A DNA stretch of 64,000 bases, taken from assembly GCF_006345805.1 (NCBI RefSeq), contig NC_042999.1:154070001-154134000 (forward strand). Reading direction: 5' to 3'. Shown here in pieces: positions 1 through 11,946 of this stretch. Position 1 is the stretch's first letter. Each line of letters starts with the position of its first letter. Source of the DNA: Octopus sinensis (Eukaryota). Under the pieces are notes generated by a model, which was not told where the DNA came from, made no database searches, and worked only from the letters and a program-made list of their open reading frames with translations. Made by a program: the position numbers and the translations under genes.

Positions 1-8
1 CTGTATTT

Positions 9-180
9 GAATAAGAGCAAAAAGAATTTTTCTTTGCCAATATACTGAAAAATAGACACTAAATCACAAAATATTTTCATTTATATATTACAAGTGAAAA
101 TATTTTATGTGGTTAGATGATTTAGCATCTATTTTTCAGCATATTGGCAAAGAAAAATTCTTCCTTTTGCCCTTATTTAT
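9..180. repeat. Long imperfect inverted repeat (fold-back/MITE-like)
   Basis: Left arm AAGAGCAAAAAGAATTTTTCTTTGCCAATATACTGAAAAATAGACACTAAATCA is the near reverse complement of right arm TGATTTAGCATCTATTTTTCAGCATATTGGCAAAGAAAAATTCTTCCTTTTGCCCTT; short AT-rich spacer. Confidence 0.8.
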
Positions 181-279
181 AATTGTATTTGTTCACCTTA
201 AAGGGTATTTTTCATATGCTGGCCACAGACCAAATTTTTAAATAAAATCTATCCCTATATTAGAAGTGTGTGTGTAGTG

Positions 280-528
280 GAGGCACGATGGCCCAGTGGT
301 TAGGGCAGCTTGTAGGATCATAGTTTTGATTCCCAGACCAGGGATTGTGTTCATTGAGCAAAAACACCTAAAGCCCCACAAGGTTCTGGGAGAGGGGTGG
401 GGTTAACCCTGCCGTACCCTTTCACCACAATTTTCTCTCACACTTTTTCTGTTGTACCTGTATTTCAAAGTGCCAGCCGTGTCACACTGTGTCACGCTAA
501 AGTAACAATGGATGGAAACCTCTGCTTC

Positions 529-530
<2 letters not shown>
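280..530 (+). mobile_element. tRNA-derived SINE, type C, internally deleted
   Basis: Head GGCACGATGGCCCAGTGGTTAGGGCAG with A/B-box-like motifs; body homologous to the - copy at 52040-52390; runs into (GA)n. Confidence 0.75.
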
Positions 531-572
<42 letters not shown>

Positions 573-594
573 ATGTGCATGTGTGTGAGATCAT

Positions 595-915
595 CATCAT
601 CTAACATCCAATTTTCCATGCCTGTATGGATCACAAAGAATATGTTGAAGTAGATTTTCTGTGGCTGAATATCCTTCCTGTTGCAAACCCTTATCTATTA
701 ACAAACAAGGTGATATCGCCCTATAGCCAGGCAGGTCTTACACAGAAGACTGGAAATTAACAACTTTAGTTGCATGGCGATACCAATTTACAACCAATAT
801 GTGATATCTAGACAAGCGTACACACACACACATAGGGAAAGGGCACTTTTAGGTTTGTCTTCCAAATCCACCCAAAACACTTTGCTCAGCCCAGGGCTAT
901 AGTAAAAGACACTTA
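595..915 (-). mobile_element. SINE type A variant, degenerate
   Basis: Homologous to 8355-8590, 45720-46000 and 50025-50400; (GAT)n-type tail at left end. Confidence 0.6.
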
Positions 916-2004
916 AAGGAAGTCCAAATATTTATCTATCTACATATGTATATATGCTTGAGAGTGTTTGTGTCTCTTGGTCTTGACATCATGATTGTTG
1001 TAAATTAATGCCATTTATTCCCAATATTCTGTGAAAACACACCAAGCATTGGAGAAATATTACCTTGTTGTAAACAAGCAAGGATTAAAAATAGAAAGTG
1101 CATCCAGCCATAGAGAATCTACTTCAATAAATTTCATGGTTAAAAGTGATCTGATTAAATCTTTCCCCTAAAATTTTGTGTTAATTTATGTTCCAAACAC
1201 CAACTTAATAATGACAAAAGTTATTTGACTAAATTCTTTATTATTTTCAATTTTGACTGAAAGAAAAAGCATTGTATTTCAATAGAAACAAGGCAATGAC
1301 AAAGTAGTTAAATTACTCCTTACAGAAGCTTCACCTATTGCCAGGAGAGGTGTAAGTCAACTCAAATATTGTCTGTCAAAATGTATAGATGTTATGAAGT
1401 GTAGATGAAAAGTAAAGGTCAATTCTATCAGGATTTGAACTCAAAAGGTAAATGGAAAAAAAACAAAGAACTACTATATCTGCACTGCTGCAATCTTTAA
1501 TAATTTCTTCAATGAAAAATGCTTTATACAACACAGCCCCAAATGAATAGAAAATTGAACAAGAATTTCACTTGATAACATGATACATTTACTCATAATC
1601 TTTAACAAATCTGAACTCAATAAAAACATAAAAGAAACTTAAATAATTTCACAAGAGTATGTACACCAAGAGCTTTCAAAGTAGTGTATACACACCGATG
1701 GGGATGGGTGAGTAAAACCATTGGAGTATACAGGATTGAATTTGATAGTCTGTACCTAGAAGTAACTGGAGAACAAAAATTGCAGTTTCCTGTAGACTAG
1801 TTAGCTAATATCATACAGCTTAGCAGAAAGCCTGACATGTTGTTTCCATATGTCTCATTTAAGCTATACAAATCATTTAAATAAATGGTCTGCACCGAAA
1901 GCATTCAAATCATTTTGAAAAACAGTAAACATTCCAAGTTTTCTGCAACTGTTAAACTTATTCCATTAGTTTATTTTACAAGTGTGTATATAATGGAACT
2001 AGGT

Positions 2005-2235
2005 TTAACCCTTTCAATACCAGCCCAGCTGAAACCGGCTCTGGTTCTATAGTACAAATGTCTTGTTTCCATAAGTTTTGATTTAAAATCTTCCACCAAA
2101 CCTTAGTCACAATTTATGCTCCTAACACAGAGCTTAATGATAACTAAGTTATTTTACTAAATTCTTTGATATATTTAAAATTAATTGAAAGAAACACAGA
2201 GCATCTCAAAATAAATATGGTAACGAAAGGGTTAA
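2005..2235. mobile_element. piggyBac-type MITE, family 1
   Basis: TTAA-CCCTTTC...GAAAGGG-TTAA termini; four further copies in the window. Confidence 0.85.
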
Positions 2236-2999
2236 GCATGAACTTTATTTATTTATTATTTATTAACAAATATTTATTATTTATTTATTATTTATTAACA
2301 AACTGGCAGAATTGTTACTGTGTTGGACAGATTATTTGTAAGATTCCTTCCAGATCTTTACAGTCTAAGATTAAATGTTGCCAAGGTCGACTCGCATTTA
2401 TCCCTTCAGGGCTCATAAAATAAGTACTTGTTGGGCACTGGAATGAACATGATCATCAAGTCCTATCTCCCAAAATTTCAGGTGCTGTGCCTATAGTCGT
2501 AAGCATCATCAAACACAAAAAGCTGCAACCATCTTCTCACTGTCCACTAAAGCCCATCCTTTCCATTAGAAAATAAAATGTTTTCTTTTGATATCAAGTA
2601 TTAAACTTGTGTTTGCATTTACAACTTACTGATTGTTTTCTCATGAGAATTCTATTAATTAATGCATTTTTTTTTTTTTGTTTTTAAATTCAATATTTAA
2701 TGTGGAAACTGAAAAGTGTTACAAGAGGTGAATCATGTAAAAAGACTGAAATACTTTGGTATAGAGAGAGACGAAATTTCACAATGGTATAAAATAAATG
2801 TGCAAGGAATTCAGCCACAGTATAAGTTAAGGCTTAACCACGTCTAGCTAATATATAAATCAAATGTTGAAAAATAAATTGTTGTATAAAAGTGTTTGGC
2901 CACAATATGAATATTTCTAGCCTAGAATGAGATCAAACTGGAAACAAAATTATAACAATGAAGGGGGATAACTTTGGCCGATTTTTTTCCTTTTTGTTT

Positions 3000-3520
3000 C
3001 CCCTTATAAGCGAAGAATTGTAAACACGTCTCGGTAATTTTTATTTTATAACAATTCTAACGTGTTTCTACAAAGAATAGATAGGTGACCACTTTAAGAC
3101 GAGAGGCGCTAAGTCAAAGAAATAGATGCAGATCCAAACAGTAAACGATGTCAATAATAGCTTCTACGAAACAAGAACGTTCAAGTGGAACAAAAAAAAA
3201 ATCCGGTCAGAAGAATAACTCTTGCAAAATTTATGCATACAGGGAAAGAACTCGACCAAAATTTTGAACTTGTTCAAGCTTTGAGTAGCATGCTCGCAGA
3301 ATCCTTGCCGAGTCAGGGAGAAATGCCATGCAATATTTCGTTTAGCGCTTCGCATTCTCAATTCAAATCTCGAAGTCAACGTTGCAATTCGTCCCCCCAC
3401 CCCGCCAAAATTACCGACAGAATCATTTTAAGCCAATATAAGATTTTGGGCAAGATTTTACGACCAACTTTGAAACAATAAAAACGCTGTGGAAAGATGT
3501 ATTTTCCTAAACTGATTAAA
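3000..3520. promoter_or_regulatory. Candidate promoter / CpG-retaining unique region
   Basis: Repeat-free and visibly CpG-rich against the window background; GC-box-like CCCCCCACCCCGCC at 3393-3406; about 2 kb upstream of the candidate start-codon exon. Confidence 0.4.
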
Positions 3521-3800
3521 CAGGCGCAGACATAGCTGTGTCATAAATGTGTGGTTAAGAAGAAGTTCGCTGTGAAATCGCGTTCAGTTCCACACTGTTA
3601 CACTAAGAGCCAATTATCGTACAAATTCACTTTGCATAAGGAAACTTTTGGAATCTTATGAAAGTATGTATTTGTATACATTTAAGTGTATATATATATA
3701 TACGCAGACATAGGCACGCTCGCGCACGCACACAAACGTTGATTTAAGAAGGCCAAATGAGAGCCGAGTGCGCAATAGGCGTCGGTAATGGCTCTATACA

Positions 3801-4005
3801 GGCGGCGAGCTGGCAGAAACGTTAGCATGCCAGGCGAAATGCTTGGCGGTATTTCGTCTGCCGCTACGTTCTGAGTTCAAATTCCGCCGGGGTCGATTAA
3901 ATAAGTGCCAGTTACGCCCTGTGGTCGATATAATCGACTTAATCTGTTTGTCTGTCCTTGTTTGTCCTCTCTATGTTTAGCCCCTTGTGGGTAGTAAAGG
4001 AATAG
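3801..4005 (+). mobile_element. tRNA-derived SINE, type B
   Basis: GGCGGCGAGCTGGCAGAAACGTTAGC head, B-box GAGTTCAAATTCC, tail GGGTAGTAAAGGAATAGG; many copies in the window. Confidence 0.85.
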
Positions 4006-4769
4006 GTAAATGGCTCTATGGAAAGAAGTTTGCTTCCCAACCATATGGTTCCGGTTTGGTCACACTGCGTAGCACTTTAGGCTGGTGTCTTCTACAATAG
4101 GCTCTGGCCAACTAAAACCTAGTGGGTTTGGTGGGCAGAAACTGAAAGAGGCTCACCGTGTATGTGTGCTGAGGGGGGGTCTATGTTTATCCCTGCACCC
4201 ACCGCTTGACAATCGATATTAGTGTATTTATGCACGTGTTACTTAGTGGTTCAGCAATGGCCTCTTACTGAATAAAGTACCAGGCTAACATCCTGAGTAC
4301 TGGCGTCGATTCGTTCGACTAAAGTCCTTCAAGGCGTTGCCCCAGCATGGCCGCAGTCTAATGACAGAATCAAGTAAAATAATAAAAGAAAAAAGTTGTA
4401 GAATATATAGTTTTAATTGACTACCTTGTTTCACTAAAAGCTACATAAATATCTTCGTTTATTTGAGTCTTTGGAACGTGGTCATAATGGAGCATCATCT
4501 TGGATTTTAATCAGACAAATCGAGAGTAGTCTGCTACTATTTTATCAGATCTTTTTTGCCAAACCACTAAGTTACGGGGACGTAAACAAACCAACACTTG
4601 TTCTCAAGCAACAGGTGACAGATACACACACACACACACATACACGATGAGCTTCCAAAATTCTCTCAAGACACTGGAAGCTCCGGGGCTATAAAAAATT
4701 ACGCTAAGCCAAGCTTTATACCGTTAAATAATGCGGTTACAAAACGAGCTCCTTAACCATACAAAAAGG

Positions 4770-5100
4770 CCTGTGAGGAGCACTCCATCGGTTACGACGG
4801 CGAGGGTCCCGGCTGATACGATGGACAGAACAGCTTACTCCTGAAATTAACGTGCAAATGGCTGAGCAACCCACAGACACATGTACCCATAACGTAGATC
4901 TCAGGGAGATTCAGCGTGACACAGAGTGTGACAACGCTGGCCCCTTTGAAATACATGTACTACTCATTTTTGTCAGCTGAGTGGACTGAGTAGGCGTGAA
5001 ATAAAGTGTCTTGCTAAAGCACACAACGCGTCGCCGGGAATTGAACTCACGATCTTACGATCGCGAACCGAATGCCCTAACCATTAAACCACGCGCCTTC
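4770..5100 (-). mobile_element. SINE type D head with type C-like tail
   Basis: Reverse strand reads GGCGCGTGGTTTAATGGTTAGGGCATTCGG...GTGAGTTCAATTCCCGG; tail shared with 52040-52200. Confidence 0.75.
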
Positions 5101-5282
5101 ACATGTGTGTGTGCGTGTGTATGTGTATGCAAGTGGTTGAAAAGTAACAGACGAGTTGATATGTATAACGAAAATAGGACAAGGTACAAAATGCTAAAAT
5201 AATTTTATGAAGAACCGGTACTAAAATGTTCTTCATCACAAAATTATTTTAGCATTTTCTACCTTCTCTTCATTTCTTATAT

Positions 5283-5314
<32 letters not shown>

Positions 5315-5402
5315 TGCTTATTTTCCTTTATTTCTTTTTAACTATTTATAGGTCAACCACGGATAAAAAGTAAACGGTTTACGATAACGACACTAAAAGG
5401 AG

Positions 5403-5465
5403 ATGACTCCATTAAATAATAACATGGGAAATGGAAGTTATCTCCCTTACTCCATAAATTCAGAG
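5403..5465 (+). CDS. Candidate first coding exon (exon 5352-5465) encoding MTPLNNNMGNGSYLPYSINSE, phase-0 donor; product unknown
   Basis: Strong acceptor CTTATTTTCCTTTATTTCTTTTTAACTATTTATAG|5352; near-consensus donor GAG|GTAAGC at 5465/5466; ATG at 5403 with in-frame upstream TAA at 5364; N-G-S sequon. Confidence 0.55.
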
Positions 5466-6119
5466 GTAAGCTTTTGTTTTGTCTCGTTCTTTTTTCTTTA
5501 CTTCGCTGCGTGCTTGAAATTGTTTCCATGGGTTACCAGAAGACCTTAATAATTCTGAAGAACGGTGTGACAGCGAGAAATTACATGCTTAAAGCAGAAT
5601 CCACAGCAACGTCAGATAGGAATTTACCGTCCAACCCATGCCAGCATAGAAAACGGACGTTAAACGATGATGATGATACAAATCCATATATATTTATACG
5701 CACAAACACAGATATTTGGAAGTACAGATGAGAGAAAATCTAAACTACGTCTAGTAGAGTTTATTTTAGTCTGCTAGAAAATAACAGTTTAGTATCATGA
5801 ACAGTTCCATGTTGTAGACAATATGGTACTGTAGTCAATCTGGCAATTAAGGTGTCCCAAAAGGCAAGTTATCGTGAGAAATGTAGAGAAAAACAAGGTA
5901 TGATGGAGTGGGGGAGATACGTACAAGTTTGTGATGGGGGGAGGTGTATTAGTCCCCCTCCAAAAACTGTTGCTCTGGGCGATGACTTACAGTCATTTCC
6001 CCCTGTCTATGGAGTCATCTGCTGATGACTCATAGACAAATGAAATGAAATAATAAAAATAGCCTTTACTTGAAATATTGGTAAGAGTTAGTGACAAAAA
6101 GGGCAGTAAAATAATGCCT

Positions 6120-6400
6120 CAATATTTCAGTGCCGCCTGACTGGCACCCATGCTAGTAGCACGTAAAATGCACTATTTGAGTGTGGCCAGTGCCGCCTGA
6201 CTGGCTCCCATACCTGTGGCATGTACAAACACCCATTACACTCTCAGAGTGGTTAGCATTAAGAAGAGCATCCTGCTGTAGAAACCTTACAAATCAGATT
6301 GGGGCCTGGTGCAGCCTCCTGGTTTGCCAGTTTTCAGTCAAAGCCGTCCAACCCATGCCGGCATGGAAAGTGGACATTAAACGATGTAATAATGAGCAGA
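6120..6400 (+). mobile_element. Type E repeat (RTE-LINE 3'-end-like, truncated)
   Basis: Duplicated GCCAGTGCCGCCTGACTGGC unit, then the conserved block ...CCAACCCATGCCGGCATGGAAAGTGGACATTAAACGATG. Confidence 0.75.
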
Positions 6401-6726
6401 TGATGCCTCTCCATCACTAAAGTAACAAACCTCTAACCTGTGGATATGTTTGGGAAGTAGTTACCTGTGACATTTTTACAAGGTTGGAGCACAGATCCTA
6501 CCTCAACCTCTTTTTGTCACCTGTTAATAGAAACAGAGGAAACGTTGTGGCAATACTTTGACATGCCAATCCCCAATTGCTAACAAATGGTGGATACAGC
6601 ATAGCACTGCTACAGAGCATGCCCCACCATACTACTACTACTACTACTACTACTATTATATTCAGCAAAAATCCAGTGGTGTGAAAACAAAAAATATGAC
6701 TTAGAAACAAATGAGATTATATATCA

Positions 6727-7410
6727 AAATAAGGGTACATTAATGAGCGATACACCAGCAAAATCAGACTCAACACTGAACTTAATCCACTTCGGTATTC
6801 AATATAGTATGATGCAGGGCAATAAACTCAGGATATGATAGAATGTAGAATACTAATCAATTTATAGGGAAAAGGTGAGGAGAAACCAGTTGTATTGACA
6901 GCTTTACAGAATGCACGTATTTTAATTATTTTGGCATCTTGCTGAGTTTATATATTAAAATAAGGGAGGCACATTAACATGAAATACATAACCAAAATCA
7001 GGCTCAACAATGGACTTAGCAATCCACTTTAGTATCCAATATAGTATGACGCAGGGCACCAAAGTGAGAAACGGATAGAGTGTTGAATACAAGCCAAATT
7101 ATAGGGGAAAGGAAAAAAACCCAATTGTGTTTGTTTTTTATTACCCAAAAGGGGCTAAACATAGAGGGGACAAACAAGGACAGACAAACCGATTAAGTCG
7201 ATGACATCGACCCCAGTGCGTAACTGGTACTTAATTTATCGACCCCGAAAGGATGAAAGGCAAAGTCGACCCTGGCGGAATTTCAACTCAGGACGTAACG
7301 GCAGGCGAAATACCACTAAGCATTTCGCCAGGCACGCTAGTGTTTCCCAATTGTATCCTCAACTTTATAGAACACATATTGTAATTATTGTGGTATCTTG
7401 CTGAAACATA
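6727..7410. repeat. Old diverged tandem duplication (about 230-bp unit); second unit split by a SINE
   Basis: 6727-6950 aligns with 6958-7130 plus 7360-7405 (e.g. CAATATAGTATGA[T/C]GCAGGGCA; G[C/T]ATCTTGCTGA). Confidence 0.7.
7140..7345 (-). mobile_element. SINE type B
   Basis: Reverse complement of the type B consensus seen at 10635-10870. Confidence 0.85.
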
Positions 7411-7569
7411 CGTATGTCCTATAAAGCTTTGAATACCACACTTTCTGCTTTTTATTTCACGTATCATTGTATCAACCAGCCAAAGTGGATGTTGTACATT
7501 AACCACTGGTCACAATGTGCTTCCAATTCTTTCTTGATTGCTCTTCTCTTCCATCTTGGTCCAAATCAT

Positions 7570-7797
7570 TTAACTCTTTAGTGTTTAAACCGGCCTTATC
7601 TGGCCAAAATATTCTACCTATTTTATGTTCAAACTAGTCAGATATAGTCATTCATAGCTACCTTAATGTGTCAATTTAAAAATAAACAATCACATCATTG
7701 AAATCTCAAAGCCAGGAAATGATGCAAGATTAATTTTACATGGTGTGAATATATAAGCTTTACATTTGACAGAAGAATCTGAATGCTTAAGGGTTAA
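7570..7797. mobile_element. piggyBac-type MITE, family 2
   Basis: TTAACTCTTTAG...CTTAAGGGTTAA termini; homologs at 27206-27931, 41225-41422 and 42412-42643. Confidence 0.75.
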
Positions 7798-7965
7798 ATC
7801 ATCTTCCCATTAATGTGGAGACCTTCTAAGTGGCTTTATCCAATCCCTTCACAACCACTCAGCAACTGTAAGTGTCCAGTTAGTGTCTGTGAATCTTGCA
7901 ACATGTCTGGCCCTACAGAACTTCTGGATTCAGTATTCTACAACCAGATATTAATCATCATTCAT

Positions 7966-8356
7966 AGACGCAGGAGTGGCTGTGTGAGGAAGTAGCTTGC
8001 TTACGAACCACATGGTTCTGGGTTCAGTCCCACTACATGGCACCTGGGGCAAGTATCTTCCACTATAGCCTCGGGCCAACCAAAGCCATGTGAGTGGATT
8101 TGGTTGACAGAAACTGAAAGAAGCCCGTTGTATATATGTATGTGTGTGTATATGTTTGTGTGTCTGTGTTTGTCTCCCCAACATTGCTTGACAACTGATG
8201 CTGGTGTGTTTATGTCCCCGTAACTTAGTGGCTCAGCAAAAGAGACTGATAGAATAAGTACTAGGCTTACAAAGAATAAGTTCTGGGGTCAATTTGCGCA
8301 ACTAAAAGTGGTGCTCCAGCATGGCTGTAGTCAAATGACAGGAACAAGTAAAAGAG
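7966..8356 (+). mobile_element. tRNA-derived SINE, type A, full length
   Basis: Head GACGCAGGAGTGGCTGTGTG...GGTTCAGTCCCA, CORE-like GGCACCTGGGGCAAGT, internal (TA/TG)n, tail GAACAAGTAAAAGAG. Confidence 0.9.
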
Positions 8357-8700
8357 TCCATTTTCCTGTGCTTGCATGAGTTGGACAGAAGTTGTTGAGA
8401 CAGATTTTCTACAGCCAGATGCCATTCCTGTTGCCAACCCACACCTGTTTCCAGCTAATGTAAGATTTCCCAATTGCCAAACATATTTTTCACAGAAGAT
8501 TGGAAACAGGCAACATCACTTGTAAGACAGTGATACCCATTTACAACCAACATGATATTAAGACAAGGGTACAAATACATACAGTAAGGTACAATTATGA
8601 AAAAAAGAAAATATATACAATACTCCTATACTTTTATAAAAAAAATTTTTTAATTAGCCTCATTTTTGATATTTTCAGTGTCATTAATTATAACTATTCT

Positions 8701-8900
8701 TTTATTCTTTTACTTGTTTCAGTCATTTGACTACGGCCATGCTGGAGCACCACCTTTAGTCGAATCAAATTGACCCCAGGACTTATTCTTTGTAAGCCTT
8801 GTACTTATTCTATCGGTCTCTTTTGCCAAACCGCTAAGTTATGGAGACCTAAACATACCAGCATCGGTTGTCAAGCGATGATGGGGGGACAAACACAGAT

Positions 8901-8939
<39 letters not shown>

Positions 8940-9100
8940 TATGACGGGCTTCTTTCAGTTTCCGTCTACCAAATACACTCACAAGGCTTTGGTCGGCCCG
9001 AGGCAATAGTAGAAGACACTTGCCCAAGGTTCCACGCAGTGGGACTGAACCCGGAACCATGTCGTTGGTAAGCAAGATACTTACCACACAGCCACTCCTG
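8701..9100 (-). mobile_element. SINE type A, full length, inverted relative to 7966-8356
   Basis: Near reverse complement of the preceding copy and of 61726-62115. Confidence 0.9.
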
Positions 9101-9844
9101 CAGAACCATAAATAATACTTTTATCACAACTTTTAATTTTTTTTATAAAAATGAGTATTATACACGTTTCTTTTTTTTTCATAACTATACAACTACTCTT
9201 ACACCCTTCACCCTGTATATACATATGTGATGTTTCTTCCAGTTCCTATCAACCGAATCCACTCACATAGTTTTAGTGGGCCAAAGGCTATCGTAAAAGA
9301 CACTTGCCCAAGGTGCCATGCAGTAGGACTTGAACCCAGAACTATGCAATTGGAAAACACGTTTCTTAACCACTCAACCACTACTGCATCTCAGCTAAAC
9401 ATGGACCAGTAAATAAGAACACAGTTGATGCAAAGGACGATTTCGTCATTGACTAAACAAGCTCATTCTTGTTTATGTGGTTCTTGTTGCTTTCCCTATT
9501 GCCCTCTGCCTTTCCAGTTCTTCACCCACAAATCTATCCCAATTTCGCTAGTGAATGCTTCATCTCCCCTACTCCCACCCACTCCAATAAAAAGCTCTCT
9601 CTGAAGCCAGATCACATCTCTTTTAACCCCGTGGAAGGTACATCATCATTTAGTGGTTAGATTATTCAGATCAGACTGACTGACAAATTCATCACCAGTT
9701 TCTTGAGGTTTTGCTGGTTCACTTTCACCCTTTCAAGACTGACTGACTGACTGACCCTTTTTTTATGATGATAACTTCATATTTTGAACTGATCTAAATA
9801 AAAATAAATCTCTGCCTTGAAATTTGCATTTTAATATCATTATA

Positions 9845-10004
9845 GGTGCAAACATGACTGTGCGGTAAGAAGTTTGCTTCCCAACCACATGGCTCTGGGT
9901 TCAGTCCCACTGCATGGCACTTTGGGCAAGTGTCTTCTACAACAGGCTCAGACCAAACAAAACCTTGTGAGTGAATACAATAGACAGAAACTAAAAGAAG
10001 CCTG

Positions 10005-10038
<34 letters not shown>

Positions 10039-10235
10039 ATGTCTGTCTGTCCCCCACCACCATCTGACAACTGGTGTTGCTGCATTTATGTCCCCATAAT
10101 TTACCGGTTTTGTGGAAGAGTCTGATACAATAAGCCCAGGCTCAAGTGCTGAGTTCGATTCATTTGACAAAAAGTTCTTCATGGCAGTGCACCAGCATGG
10201 CCACAGTCTGATCATGAAACAAGTAAAAGATAAAA
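9845..10235 (+). mobile_element. SINE type A
   Basis: Same head, (TG)n and tail, more diverged. Confidence 0.8.
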
Positions 10236-10634
10236 AGATAGAGATTATCATTAAATGTCTATGTTCCATGCTGATATGGGTTGGGTGGTTTGGCAGGATC
10301 CAATAGGTCTGGTGATTGCATTCTGCTCCTATGTTTGCTTTAGCACAGGATTAGGAAGGGCATGCAGGCTGCACTTCCCAACACCAATGTATTTATGTTC
10401 TAAAAACCTGCTTTATAATGACAAAATTATTATCCTAAAGTCTTTGCCATTTTCAAGATTAACTGAAACAGAAGCTGTGTATCTTTAAGAGAACTACTGC
10501 ACCAAAATATTTAAAGTTATTACGGGCCACATGCAAAGAAACGGCAACAGGAAATACAAGAGCCCAGTAAAATAACATTGAAATAATTAGCTTCAAGAGA
10601 ACTCCTGGGTGAAATTGATAACATTATCCAGCCT

Positions 10635-11055
10635 AAAAAGGCGGCTAGCTGGCAGAACTGTTAGCACGCCGGGCGAAATGCGTAGCCGTATTTCGTCTGC
10701 CGTTACGTTCTGAGTTCAATTTCCGCCGAGGTCGACTTTGCCTTTCATCCTTTCGGGGTCGATAAATTAAGTACCAGTTACGCACTGGGGTCGATGTAAT
10801 CGACTTAATCTGTTTGTCTGTCCTTGTTTGTCCCCTCTATGTTTATTCCCCTTGTGGGTAGTAAAGAAATAGGTATTTCGTCTGCCGTTACGTTCTGAGT
10901 TCAAATTCCACCGAGATCGACTTTGCCTTTCATCCTTTCGGGGTCGATAAATTAAGTACCAGTTACACACTGGGGTCAATGTAATCGACTTCATTTGTTT
11001 GTCTGTCCTTGTTTGTCCCCTATATGTTTATTCCCCTGTGGATAGTAAAGAAATA
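10635..11055 (+). mobile_element. Head-to-tail SINE type B dimer with 18-bp TSD
   Basis: GATAACATTATCCAGCCT at 10617-10634 and 11056-11073; second unit starts at GGTATTTCGTCTGCC (5'-truncated). Confidence 0.9.
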
Positions 11056-11946
11056 GATAACATTATCCAGCCTCAGCAATGAATAACAATTGTTTGGCTG
11101 TTTTCATTACAATTTGGAAGATTGAGAACAACGAAAGATAAGCTCAAGAAATCATCAGTGGACTGATTCGAGATGCTGATAGTGTATTCACCACACGTTT
11201 TCGTTTTCCCTTAATACACATCAACAGGCTTTCAGTAATGACAGACGTTAAGACTTGATACAATCAGCATATAAGATTAATTATTTAAAACTTCACTATG
11301 GCCTCACTAAAGACTCTTTACTTTACATGAACATGAAACATCATTATCATCATCATCATCAGCAGCATCAATAATCTATACAGCCAATGCAGCTTTTATT
11401 ATGGCTCTATTGTTTTCTCCTTCTGAATGTAGGAATACAAAAGAGAAAACAGGAAAACTTGTTGTGAAAGCAGAAAAGAGTCGATGGAAGAAACAGCTGA
11501 TATTAGTCACAACATCAAGTTGTATTTTAGTCTATACAAAATGCATAAACAAGGATCAATAAGCTGCTTCATAATCACAAGGCAGAGAGTTTAGAGACGG
11601 AGCAGAGTTAATTGAAGTAGAGAAATCCGATGAGAGATTTCTAAAATAGCTCAAGCGTTATCCAGATTATGTAAGTTACAGGAAGAATTTTAACCACTGT
11701 TGCTTACAAAGAAGAATTCAGCCTCAAAGAGATGCAGTTCAGCTTTGCGCCAGAAAGCGGTGCCACTGATCACTGATGTCATTTTCCTAATGAAATAACT
11801 GCAGCAGAAATTACTTTCCTTGGAGCAAATCCAATGCTTTGCGTTTGCCAATGTAGACAAGGTTTTTGACAGGGTTCCATGGTGGTTGCTAAAGAAATTG
11901 AAAAATTTGTGAGGGGTGTTCGTGCAACCCATACAGAGGCACAGTC

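Noticed and set aside
3185-3481. 98-aa ORF as a gene
   Set aside because: No recognisable motif or splice signals; better explained as promoter/UTR sequence.
6805-6945. C/D-box snoRNA in the duplicated unit
   Set aside because: C box is non-canonical in both copies (ATGATGC, ATGACGC) and spacing is long.
9469-9660. Signal-peptide-like ORF MFMWFLLLSLLPSAFP...
   Set aside because: TTG start, pyrimidine-rich bias explains the hydrophobicity, donor weak.
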